A DNA stretch of 64,000 bases, counting the filler, from Sphacelaria rigidula (taxonomy: Eukaryota): NCBI GenBank assembly GCA_964200075.2. It is 7 parts of 7 records of this genome, joined end to end, with 100 filler letters (N's around TTAATTAATTAA, not from the genome) between each part and the next. Parts side by side here need not be neighbours in the genome. Positions count along the whole stretch, not along the records: positions 9,170 to 18,237 come from CAXNAA020009378.1; positions 18,338 to 27,405 come from CAXNAA020009379.1; 5 more parts are not named here. One strand, given 5' to 3'. Positions 13,826 to 26,211 of this stretch are shown piece after piece (position 1 is the stretch's first letter; each line of letters starts with the position of its first letter). The notes under the pieces are model-generated. The model saw only the letters and a list, made by a program, of their open reading frames with translations. It did not search any database and was not told where the DNA came from. Made by a program: the position numbers and the translations under genes.

Positions 13826-15131
13826 AAAAGTTAGATGTGCACCCGGATGGACCACCTGCACCCTCGGATAATGGCAAAACACGTGCGGCTCGCCTGTGCC
13901 GCGTGTCCAATTCGAACGTGTTGACTCGGACCACACTTTCAATCGGAGCCAGCACAACCAACGCACAATACGGTCGGTAGCACAACAGTAACATGATGTC
14001 GCACTCTGTCGTACCTCTCCCTACCCGTCGCGTTGTCGAGTCTGCATGACTTCCCACTGCCAGCTCGAGATAAAGACATGCTCTGTGTCGATGATTTCAA
14101 AGCTGAAACGCTTGCTCACCTCTCATCCATGTATGTATGATGCACACCTACCAAGTATAAAGGGACAAGGAATAGGAAATCCAGGATGAAGAGAGTGTGT
14201 AGCGGAGCAGACAACATCATGGCGACTGTATTGCGTGCTTCTGGTTGTTGGTTGGTTTGTCTCTATCGGTACCATGTGCATCGTACCGTGTCTACAGCAA
14301 AATGTATGATAACCTACAGACAGGAGGATACATTGTTGTTGTACGTACACGAAAGCTCAACGAAAACACAGAGGATCTTACAATGCTGCACAGACAGTAC
14401 GGTGTAGTGTCTTCCTATTCTCGTCGTCCCTCCCACTGCGTTCCTCCCTTTGTCTATGGGCATCACCGAAGGATCACATTCCACCAACCCCCCGGGTAGC
14501 GCGACCCCTTTCTGCGGTCAGCTTTCAATTCGAACCCCTTAACCGCCAGGGTGGGCATTTTTGAAGGGAACGTGATGTCGGCAAAAGAGAGGATCCGCCG
14601 TTGGGGTGACACGTTCTCCATGTTCCTACAAATAGCGAGCGTATACTGTGGAGACGGTCAAGGTGCACATAGATGACGGTACCGATAGACTCAACTCAAC
14701 CCACAAACATAAGCACATGATATAGTCGCCATGATGTTGTCTGTTCCGGTACACGCCACTTTCTCTCTCTTGGGTTTTCTGTGCCTCTCTGGGTACACGG
14801 AGCGGCAGCTCTTTTTCGTTCATACTTAGTCTGTGTGCATCATACATGTATGGGAAGTAAGCTAGCATAAACGTTTGAGCTTTGGAATGATCAACATAGA
14901 GCATTATTTATGTTCGAGCTGCGAGTGAGAAGTCACGCAGAAGAGAGAATGCGACATCATGTTACTGTTGTACTACTGACTGTATTCTGCGTTGGCTGTG
15001 CTGGCTCCGATTGAAAGCATGATCCAAGTCACCACTGTCGGGGTGGTCATGCGGCACACTCCAGCCGCACATGCCTTGCCAGTATCCGAGGGTGCAGATG
15101 GTGCACCCAGGTGCACACATAATATTTTCGG
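13826..15131. repeat. Diverged long inverted repeat (arms about 13826-14298 and about 14645-15131)
   Basis: Shared blocks in opposite orientation include CAGACAACATCATGGCGACT, TGCGACATCATGTTACTGTTG, TGCTGGCTCCGATTGAAAG and TATCCGAGGGTGCAG. Confidence 0.8.
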
Positions 15132-15351
15132 GAAAGGGGATGTCACCTTGGGGAAGCATTCCGCCGCCGTCGCCGCCGCCGCCGCCACCTTACGAAGCCG
15201 AAGCACCAAACTCGGCAGGAGTCATCCCCCAGGTGTCAATACCGCCCAGCAAAGCTTGAAGAAAGGGGAGTTGCACGGTGGGCGACGGTTACAACTATGC
15301 CCCAAGCACTTGTTCCCGATAGAGACCATGAATCTTGTGAAAAAAAAAATC

Positions 15352-17229
15352 TCCACCACCAGAGCGAAACGCGTGTTGCCGGATGAAGTTCCTTGCAACG
15401 AATGGAGGCTACGAAGGAAAGCGCCGCTGAAAAATGACACATAGATTGCCCTACCGCGATGTTACACGCATGGGATCCGTAATCTTGCTATAGTACCAGC
15501 AGCGGCGATCGTGTCGGCAGCCTTGACGACGCCTCGGGTAAGCTTAGTCCCGGTGATCGTCGATTTTCAGAAGCAAAGTGTTCCGAATCATGACCATATT
15601 GCCGTCGTGTACATTCGAGAGAACCGGAAATAATGCTGAGAAGAAACCGATCGTCTCGGTGTTCAGTCGACACCATTCTATACAAATATGGGTATACGTT
15701 TCGCCAACAGGGGCAAGTTTCGACCGTTACGCTTGGCCTCCACACCGCTACCACGCACTTCAGACACGTCAGCTCGAGGACGTGATGCGATGTCATTCCG
15801 AGTCGTGACGGGGAAAGTATGGCAGACCTCGAGTTTGCATCCTTTGTTTATCGGTACCTGACTGTAAATTGAGAGTCTGGGGTGGGGCCTTCAGTCGGCT
15901 CGAGTACTTGTCTCAACAGAGCGTCGCTGGTGACGACGGAGAGAGCAGTTCTTGACGTTTTGCGACCTTTGAGGAAACATGTTCATGAGAAACGAGAGTC
16001 GTCACTGCCAAGGTGTCTAGAACCGCGCTGCGCAACTTGGTGGGCGCGCGTTCGCAGCACAGAGCTGGAGTTCAGTACAAATGTTGCCGTCAGATTTTCA
16101 TTCCAGAGAAGCATTCGGGGGTCGGCGCCTTTTGTGTTGGTGTTTTTTTGTGTGGCTGTAGTGGTTTCTGCTTCAGTGGTATGTGTTGTTCTGTTCCGAA
16201 GACCGCCGCTTGCACATCGCTGGGAGATCTCGGGCTCGGGCATCACACCGACACCGATCTCACGGAGCACTCGTGTGAATCTGATTCGTGGGCAACGAAC
16301 GGCGTTGAACTAGGCGTGATATGGCTCGCTCCGGCGAAAACGCTCGATGTGATCACCCTGCAGTGCATTGGTAATTTGTGGTTGCTGTCGAGATAGCACG
16401 ATGCAGTACCGCCCGACATGCGCAGTGAGTATAGATGATGATCTTGTGTGATCGCACGCCGACTAACTAGCCGTCTGCTCCGTGATATGAAATGACAAAT
16501 AGACTCATGCGATCGGTCGAGCCGGTAAGTGCTGCACGTGTTTGTCCTGGGCGAGTATGACATCAACAGGAGTCAACGTGACAGAGCGTCCGCTTTGTGC
16601 AATGTCGGATGTTGATGTGGAATTCGGTCAGTCACCTCCAGCCTCACTCATCCTTGCAGTGGACATTTGTCGTTGCCAGTCGCCCAGGAGCCATAAGGTA
16701 TTGACCTGATACCATACCGCAAGTTGCACGACATATGTACCAGGGACTGCGGTCTGAGCTGCTGATCTTCTCTGTTCGCTTATATCATGCACGCTGCGAA
16801 CCACGTCGGATATATACTTACTCAATTCCTGTGCTAATGCTCCCGCCTCCTCTCAACCTACCCATCTATCTCGACCTGCAGGCATGTCCATCCCCCCGCC
16901 TTCCGGGTGTTTGTCTTGGGCGGACGTGTCCGTTTTCCTCATGTGCGGCGTGATCATATCCGAGAGGGGGTTTGATGATGAGTGTGCGAGCGTCGACTCG
17001 TCTGATACGACCGTATGTGCTGGTGGGGTCGTGGTGGAAGATGTGGGCGACGGGGCTGGTGTTACTGTGACGGACGGGGTCGGCCCGGAGACAAGCGCTG
17101 GAGTAGGCGGAGTCGGCAACAATCCGCACCCGGAGGTTGGTTGATGGCCCGCCCGGTGTAACGAGTCGCGAGTATCTTCTGTAGGAGCGGTACAGTTGAT
17201 TTTCCGAACTGCTGCACACCCTGCACAAT
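15352..17229. repeat. About 1.9-kb dispersed repeat, copy 2
   Basis: Direct-orientation homolog of 9278-10743, with an extra segment at 16243-16646. Confidence 0.9.
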
Positions 17230-18399
17230 ACAATATATATTCGATATATATCGGTCGAGCACGTCGGATATTTGCGATATGTTGCCGGCGTAATACCTAT
17301 TGGTATTTATGGACTGTACACGTATTTTTCTCCGAATATATATTGATATCGTGGAACTGCGTCAATATTGCCCGTTCAGTTCATATCGGTCCCATGGGAC
17401 TGCACACATATTGTCCCATCAGAACGTATCGGGGCATTGCGGGCGACGACATATTGCACGACCAATATATATCAGGGTCGCATTGAAGAGAAGATATTGA
17501 TCGGTCAATATATATTGGGGCCTCGTCGGTCCCAATGTGTTGGCCGGTCACTATATATTGGATATCAAAGTATGGTGTACGCTTTGAGAGAAGTCCAGAC
17601 GCAATGGATGCCGGAGCCCGTGCATGTTGGGAAACGTTTCGAAGAGAGCCGTAGAAGTTCGCGTACATTACTACAGAGATTTGTCGAAAGCGTTTGATGT
17701 ATTCTTCGAAGTTTATATATACAAATATCTATCAATATCGGTCACAAAATTTGCTGAGTGACAAGAGAGGCGACGCGGTACATATGCCTTTCGATACCTG
17801 TCTAGCTACCCGTGCGGGGCCGCCCATTCCCTCCACAGTATGTAATATATCTTGGCTACACATCACGACGGCAGAAAGCGCGGGTCGATGTGCGCAAAAA
17901 TTGTCCTTTCAATATATATTGTGTTGAGATGTGCTCGGAGGCATTGAAGCAACAACACATATATCTCGTGTCATGATCGTGAAGAAATACATGACAATAT
18001 ATATTGGACATGCATTTGCTCCGGGAACAAAACATTCAAAATATATTGTGCATGCGGACCGTGTATGTACTGAAATGTCGATATATATATCGAGCCGAAG
18101 AAGTTCGTAACATATTGTTACAGTAATATATATTGATCACCAACCATGACAAAGTAATGTCAAAAATAGGGCAATGGCCTAGAAAAGGTATACCTTCTCG
18201 TTTTTTGCCCAAGAAAGGTACGAAAAATGGCCAGAAANNNNNNNNNNNNNNNNNNNNNNNNNNNNNNNNNNNNNNNNNNNNTTAATTAATTAANNNNNNN
18301 NNNNNNNNNNNNNNNNNNNNNNNNNNNNNNNNNNNNNGATTCATTCATCACGAGTCAACTTAGTATACTAAAACCAAGTAATTTCCTGACGAATTATTA

Positions 18400-19480
18400 T
18401 TTGTCCTAACCGTGTAAGGATTGAACTGTGGTGTAGCTGAAGATCGGATTCGCGTTTCCGGGACGCTCCCCGAAGATGTTGCCAATGTTCAGAGCCTTAT
18501 TCATAACAGCAATCTTGCCCTCGCGGCCCATTGGAGGGTTGTTCAGGCACGCCCTCGGTGGCAACGTGAGAGGATGATGACTTGGTCGAATCGCCGTTGG
18601 ACACGTATTGTGTAAGGCCAACAGGAAGGTATTTGGGCATGTCACTAGTGTCATGCGGGCTGATACAGGGTTTGCATCGGTGCACAGAGACGCGAGATTT
18701 AGCGCCTTTACCCTGAGAATCACGATGTAGATCGAGATAAAGGAGTTTGTCACCAACGGGCTTCTCATCAGGTGATGATGACCAGGATCCGATTGTCAGG
18801 ATCTTGGAAGGTTTTGTCCAATAAAGGGACAATTTCGCCGGGAGGATTGTCTCGTTGGCAGCTTTGCTAGTGCCTTGACGGATGGTCGACAAACTGTTGT
18901 AGATTCAGATCCAATCACCAGCCTTCCAGGTAGGGCTTTTGTGCATCAGTTTGTAAAGAGAAGTGTAGACGCCTCGAGACGCGAGGCGTTGATAGCGTGT
19001 GATTCGCGCAAGAGGATAAACGCTTTGCGCTGTCTCGAGTGCGCTAGTTTCATGATACGATATCTGACCCTGACAAAGACCTTGGTGGCCATCCAACGCT
19101 TGTCGTCCAAACACTGTAATGGGCAGCTGGGGAAAACGTCCAAGGTGGAGTTCGTTCGGAGAAAAGGCGGTGGCGACATTCGCCGAGTTGTTGTGAGGCA
19201 ATATGATGTGAGAAATATGGAGGTCCCAATCATTTTGACGATCGTTGACGGCCATGGATAGCATCTGGGCCATGGTGTGATGAAATCTTTCAGTGCCAAC
19301 GTTACCATTTGGGTGGCGGGCGCTCATGCCCATGCCCATGACCTTATACAATTCGTCAGAAAGGTGTGAGGAAAATTGCTTGCCACTGTCGGAGAGGAGT
19401 CATTTCGAGCAATCGTCGTCCTTAATGTAGTCGTAAACGAGAACAACGACGGTACCAGCGACTCTGAAGTCCTGAGCTCA
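18400..19480 (-). mobile_element. Degenerate Ty3/gypsy LTR-retrotransposon pol: integrase core, GPY/F-like region and chromodomain-like remnant
   Basis: LLSDSGKQF...HPNGNVGTERFHHTMAQMLSMAVNDRQNDWDLH...FSPNELHLGRFP is a typical rve integrase C-terminal core. KLSLYWTKPSKIL is GPY/F-like. KIAVM...SRKRESDLQ is chromodomain-like. Stops and frameshifts are present. Confidence 0.85.
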
Positions 19481-20032
19481 ACTTGGCCCCGGCTGCGTCG
19501 ATTTTGGGGAAATGCATGGACCGTTAGCCCCTCAGCATCTTAACGCAACTTTACTGGGAAATCTATCCACTTCGGTCATTCCCTCCTTTCTTTTCCATGC
19601 AATTTCTCCTTTCTCAGATATCCTTAGCGAATGTTCCCGTTTTGTTTACCTCATGCACGTCGCCCTTGTCACCTTGAGGCGACGGCTGGATTCTTGTGAC
19701 CGTAGCGGATCAGTCAGTCAATATGCCACAGCCCATCAGTCAGTCAATCAACAATGGGGAAAGAAATCAACCATGCATCATCTGATGATGGAATCACGTA
19801 AATTATATTACTACTGGTATCTATACACCATTCCCTCTCCCCCCCCCGCGCACCGCCGACCCACCTAACCAGCCCGTCCTCAGCAAGCCTGTTTGCAAAC
19901 GCGCGAGGATGCTGTGATAACTTGGATATGTGACGCAGCATGAACATGAATGGAAAGGCACACACGTAGACATACACAATAGATATCCTCTCGAGACATT
20001 TACTCATCATAAAGGCATTGGGCGTATTCGGG

Positions 20033-20034
<2 letters not shown>

Positions 20035-20082
<48 letters not shown>
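20035..20082. repeat. (GT)n microsatellite just past the GT41 stop codon
   Basis: Directly visible. Confidence 0.95.
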
Positions 20083-20083
<1 letters not shown>

Positions 20084-20093
20084 GATCACGAAG

Positions 20094-23000
20094 TTAGAGA
20101 GTAGAGTGCACCGCCACTGCAGCCCTGAGAGCCCTTTCCATGAAGCGGCCCCACTCGGACGCAACCTGCTCCTTCGCCCTTTCCGAAAAGAGGTGATCGC
20201 GCCTGTCCACGATCTTTGCCGATACCGCGGCACGGAAGGAGCGGTCGGTGCCTAACCTGACAGCCTTCAACACGTAGTCGTCTGCATCTTTGGCGACCAT
20301 CTCTTCCTCGAGACCAAGAATGGCAATCTATGTTCGTTTTCGCCGAAACAACGGCGATGCGAGGGTGAGGGGGTGAGGGGGTGAGGGGGTGAGGGGGGTG
20401 CACTCATGATCTTGCGTAACGTCGTCATATGACCATTGACCTCGCATCCCTCAAGAGCCGGGACGGAGCACGCCGGGTTTTCGCCGGACCAGGCTCGCAC
20501 TCAATCGACAAGCGCGAAGCGCCATGATGTGTTCGGCGAGTCGCATGACGGGTGGGTCGCATCCTGCTAAGATTGTTCGACCCTAAGCGTATTGATTTAT
20601 CTTGCATTTTTATGACAGCTTCCAATGAGTTTTTTCATTGTCTTATATCGTTACTTCCAGAGACAGCCACGGGCTACACTGCCTGATGGGTGTCTTGCCA
20701 ATTGAACACAAACGATTATCTCTGTCGCACGGAGTTGAGGTTTTCCCACCCCGCACAGTATGATCTAACTCGACCACAATCACGGCTACCGAAAAATAAC
20801 GCAGGCGAGAAAAAAATCGGTAACATGGTTGCCTAGCATGCGCAGTGAGTGGCGTGTCTTACAGCGCTGTTGCCACCCAAAGCCAACCCTTAAGGAGACA
20901 GGAGTCGAGGTGTGAGGGGGGGAAGTGTACTCATGATCATGCACGCCATAGGCATAAGACCATTGACCTCGCATCCCTACAAAGCCGGGACGGAGCACGC
21001 CGGCTTTTCGCCGGACCAGGCTCAGGCGTGAAGGGGAGGGGGTATACTCAATGCAACAAAGATGGTCATATCTTGAATATCTTGCACACCCTAAACAATA
21101 GATTACATTGTAAAAATATGTGCTGCGTACAGTATGGGGTGTATTGTCTATTGCAATAGACGCAATAGTCGATATCATGAGCGGTAGAATGTTTTTGCCC
21201 ATGTAATAGGTAAAAAGTAACTATCCGGCCGGCTACCGCTTGCGGCTACAGGATCAGAACTGCCAGGTGACCGACGAAGTACAGTGGTATCGTTTGCCCG
21301 GAATCGCCGTGAATCTGGCTGACTCACATAATACGTAATTATTTGTTGGTTACCGTTGTATCCAGGCATTCAGAGTTAATTGCACCCATTCGAGCGAGCG
21401 GGTTCATTGATGCTGCAATGGCGCGTGAGGCTGGGCTGGCTCAAAAAGATAGAGCAATGCTTTGTCTGGTCGAAGCCTTTTGAGCATCCCGTGTCAATTG
21501 ATGGCCGCCAAAAGTGGCTCGTTGCACCTTCGGACAGTACGATATAGCACTGCAAAGTAGTGTCCAAATAGCACTGCACTACGTACGTCACTCATGGCGC
21601 GCGGTAGAACGTGCACACAGCACACGAGGAGATGCGCCTACCCTGCAGCACCTTCGCCACGAGAACGAATCTTCACGGCGATCCCGTGCGCCGCCCGCGC
21701 ATGTAAAAAAAGAGGAATTCAACCTCGAAGAACCGGTGTTCATACGCCCTGTACCCTGTGTTTATACGCATTTCACAAGGGTGCTCGCCAGACACCCCCC
21801 CGTATCGATGCACCGATGCATTATATTGTAGTGTCAAATCATCATGTTGGCCTGATCTTCGTGCTAGCGTGAGAGGATTTGAAAAGATAGTGTCCGATGT
21901 ACCATCGGCGATATTGTCGATATTGTGGTATATCGAGTATCACACCAGGCCATGTTTAGCACTCGATATGGCCATCCCCCTGAAAAAACAGCAAATGACA
22001 GCACGTGCATGTCGACGCTCGCAATCGACAGTAGTGAAGAGCAAACGTTGTGAAGAGCAAACGTTGATTACGCAAGCAATAGAGAACAACCGCCACAAAC
22101 CTGTCCCCGGGAGAAGTGTAGAACGGACTCCTTGCTCGGAGCCGTAATTACCGGGAGACCTACCGCAAGCGCCTCGAACGACGTTATACCCGCCCCCCAA
22201 CCCCACGGTGCCAACATCACATCACATGCAGCCACCACCTCCAGGATAGCGTTGTCCCAGCAAAAGATTTCGTAGGGAAGCATACATTGAGTAAACACGG
22301 CACGCAGACAGACGTAAAATGCAAACAGTTGCAATGGATGTTGTTTGCATGTGTCGCCAGAAATGTTTTTCTCCCTCGTATTCTTGAAGGAATCAATGTC
22401 CCCGGCGCGGTGTGTAAGCTCGAGTTACGAGCGGGAACATCCGCACACTCGAAGTGAGTAATTTGACCTACGAGGGGAATCTGGTAGTCAGGACATTCAA
22501 GGTATTTGTACGCACTCTCGCTTTCGACCGAGCTGCTTGTCTTCATGTCCTACTATACTGTACATGGTAACGGTCAGAAAACACTACAGCAGAGACGATC
22601 GGCCTTCGCGCAAGGCTGCCTCTCGTGAGAAACTCCCGGCCTTGGAGAGCTAAGCTAGCCACTTGAAACTTACCCTTGAGAATACTGAGTGTGAAGGTTC
22701 CATGGGACAGACGTTACAGGTTTACATCGTCGGAGATGGGTGCTTCGATACATAGGTTATTTTCTTGGCAGGTCATACACTGCGTAATGATTGGATGAGC
22801 AAGTAAAGTACTTGCAGGCTTCTTTGCCTTTGGCAAATTTTAAGTTATGTTCGAACACTTAAGTAAATGGTCTTATTTGAATTAAAATACTAAATCCTCC
22901 AAGGCGGTGCAAAGAATTTTAGCTTAGTGTCTAGTCAAATCACCTCCATCATCTCCGGATGCTCCATTTCTGGCAAAAACAGCAGCCTCCCACCACCAAC

Positions 23001-23367
23001 CGTGCTACCCCTCGACGTAAGTTCATCACCCAAGTTAGCCTTTTTCCCGGCCTGTTCCGCGGCATTCGGCACCCCGTTCGGCCCCTTTGGCGGCAACGGA
23101 GGCGGCGATGCCGCCGGCTGTAGAGTGCGACTCCACCGATTTAAGTGGATCTTCGCAGACTCGGGGAGGAGGATATATGCCCCGGGATCTTTCTCGAGAA
23201 CGCCGCGTATAGCCACGTCGAAGTCCGGGTGGAACTTTTTGAAGTCTTGCAGACAATGATAAAAGTTGACGGTGGCGTTAGAAATGCTTTGAAGGATGTT
23301 TTCGGTGCTCGAGCCGTTCTGGCGGATAATATTTTCATCAGTATTGCTGCTGCTGCTGTCGTTGTCT

Positions 23368-23400
<33 letters not shown>

Positions 23401-26211
23401 TCATCGCCACCCATAACGCCAGGATACACGACGGTACCCGGTGTCTCCGCCGTATCTCGCCTATCAGTCTCTGGACGGCGCAGTAACACCTCATGCACCG
23501 AGTACACCGCCGGATGATTCCGCATCGGAGTAGATAGCCTGGTCGCTGGACCCGTTTGCGATGCTGCCGAGCAGCTATCCGCACTGTCCTGTGCCAGAGT
23601 AGTATGATTATTGCTTAAAGGTGGGTTTTGCCGCACCCCAGAATTTCGACCAACGGCGTCCTCCCCAGACGCGATCCCAACGATCCCGGCGGCGGGAGCA
23701 TCTGTAATCGTGAGGGGAGCGGCGACAGCAGCGACCGCAAGAGCAAGCAGGCGGTCCCGCGCCGCTCTCACGCGAGCGGGCGTAGGGTTCCTATTTGGCG
23801 GTAGAAACACTCCGGTAAAGGAGTCAAACAAGGTGACTTGCTCTGAATACAGCGGCACCGCTGCCGCTGCTGCCACAGTAGCACTCTTCTGTCTCTGCCC
23901 CTGTCCCTGTCCCTGTGCGTATTTTTCTGCGTCGTTATAGTAACGATGTTCCTCCCAGTTAGGAACACTTCTAGATCGTTGACTCCCTTCGAAAACCATG
24001 CCGGCGACACTACTGCTGCTACTACCACTGCCGCTGCCTACGGTGATAGTGGGTGGTGACTTTCGCACTATCACCTCGAAGAGGTCGGAAGACACGAAAT
24101 AATCCACTCCAGGGTGGCCCGAGGTAACCGGGTGACCCAATCCGAATGAAACCTGAAGAGGTGCCAGGCGCCCCATGGACAGCAGCTGCTGGAACATCGA
24201 CGACCCCATCGCCAGATAGAGCAAACAATCAAGCTGCAACTCGCGTCACGTACGCGAAGGGGGGATAGAGGGGGGGGGGGCGTACTAAATTCCGTTTAAT
24301 GTGTGATGACCAATCAGTTAACCGATGAGGCCAAAGAACGGCTTCACCTCCTTCACCTCCGCAACGTTATGGTTCTACGAGTGTCCGTAACGATTGCCAA
24401 CGACAACCTGTGTGCAGACCGTTGAAGGCAAGCCGCACTCATTCTGCCACTACCCCTAACCCTAACCCAAACCCTAACCCTAACAACAACAGCAATTACA
24501 ACAACCACGTCACACCGCTTGCATCTCCATCCCCCACCCCTCTCTGGCGAGGCATCCATGAGAAAGTATAACCCCGTTGCTGTTTCTGGGAGTGGCGATA
24601 CCAGAAAAATGAAACAACGCATTCGAGGCCGTCACCCATTGCAAAATTATCGGTACGATTCGGGCCGAACAACCTCAGCAGGATGTGGCCCACCCCTCAT
24701 CCGACTCGCCGGACACATTACGTCGCTTCACGCTTGGTGACTGTGAGCCTGGGGGTGGAAGCCCGATGTGCTCCGTCCCGGCTTTGTAAAGATGCAAGGT
24801 CAGTGGCCTTATGACTACGACATGCAAGATCACGAGAGTACACCCCTCCTTACCACTCTCAATCGCCGCACCTGCTCTCGTTGGATTAATTCTCGGCTGT
24901 CGTGCAGCTTTGGCGTGCCTTGTGACACCGTACCTCCTCCACCCGGGTGCGTGGCCTCTTCTACGCTGGCTATCCAGTGGTGTACTGGCAAGAGGATGAT
25001 GCGGTCGGCAACGGCGAGCATTGCTTCTCCCGGTGGGGTCTGCGCGGTGTCCTGGGCGAAAATAACAACCTCAAACTTCGACCGATCCAGTTTTCCCAAA
25101 ACTGCAGTGAAGACGCGTTCAGGTGATGAGTTCGCTGTAGTTTTGTGTTGCAGTTCAAAAAGGAAAGGAACAAGAAATGGAGACCCTCGCAGCTCATGTC
25201 GCAGATAAAATAAAAATTAACGGTTGATGCCGCACAAGAGTGGTTTCGTGAAGATACTTTTGCGTTAGGATGTGAATGAGAGGAAGGGAAGGGATCGGAG
25301 CGTATTGGCGGCGGTTGCGGGGGGGACAAGACGATGGAGAGTTGCACTTCGGATTTGTGGAGTGAATAATTCGGATGGGCGTATTTTCTTCGAACTCAGC
25401 TGGATTTCCCACCCAAGAAAGAGCGCGTGCATACCAAACCGTCTCCGGCTCTTCCTGCCCTTGACATGTCGTCTCACACGGATAACTTCGGCCCGAGCGG
25501 TGCATAAACTTAGCTCCATTCGTTGGACCAAAAGGATGCTTACGTGCCATGTTTGCTGTAGTTTGTGGCATATTTGTCATACATCCACACTATCAGGAAC
25601 AGGAAAATATAGCGTGCAGAAGCACTGGTGCACTTTCTGCAATCATTCCTAACACTTGAGCAACTCTGAGTATATGCTGACAACAGACAGCACCAACCAC
25701 GCTGTGTGTGTATCCATCCGCTACTCACGGGGAATTCCATGTACGTGCGCCCCGAGATCACGATATACTCGCACACCCACCTCTCCTCTCCATGACTATC
25801 CCCAGGCGTATCCGCTTCTGCGCACTGTAGCCACCATTCTCATACGCGGCAGAGCTTCCTCCAACGACAGCACTGTCATCACAGCAACTATCAGCGCTGC
25901 TCTCTCCTTCTCTGCCTCTTCTCCCTTCAATGACGTTCCCGCTGACACCAAGACCATCAGCCCAACCCCGTGTTGGACTCAAAGCAGGAGAAACATCGCT
26001 CAGCCCGGGGTCCATGACCAGGAGAGCTTGATTCATCAGGGTCACGAGTGGTGCAATGGGCAGGCCGAGGTACTGCCAACCCGTGCTGGGAACCTTGGGG
26101 ACAGAGACGTATAGGTCTTCTTCCAGCCGAGCAGAGCCGTTGTCGTCCGCACTACTGAGGAATTTCAGTGTCTCGATGGTCTCGGCCATTCTCTGTTGAA
26201 TTCTCACGTAC
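20094..26211 (-). CDS. SPINDLY/OGT-like O-glycosyltransferase (GT41-type catalytic region), 5'-partial: complement(join(20094..20327,22101..22238,22944..24233,24872..25134,25781..26211))
   Basis: Five exons join in frame with GT..AG boundaries. Motifs: IRLGIVME; LDRSKFEVVIF; LDCLLYLAMG...GRLAPLQVSFGLGHPVTSGHPGVDYFVSSD; YHCLQDFKKFHPDFD; DVMLAPWGWGAGITSFEALAVGLPVIT; LGLEEEMVAKDADDYVLKAVRLG. These match the SPINDLY-family C-terminal halves. Confidence 0.88.
20400..21025 (-). repeat. Dispersed repeat family ending in a C-rich tract (about 490-bp copy plus a second partial copy)
   Basis: Homologous to 55117-55597. Partial copies at 5170-5290 and 24768-24850. Confidence 0.8.
21087..21200. mobile_element. 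Degenerate copy of the same MITE in an intron of the GT41 gene
   Basis: CACCCTAAACAAT...TGCTGCGTACAGTAT...TATTGCAATAGAC shared with the 1323 and 41613 copies. Confidence 0.6.
24450..24485. repeat. Interstitial telomere-like (CCCTAA)n
   Basis: cccctaaccctaacccaaaccctaaccctaac within an intron. Confidence 0.7.
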
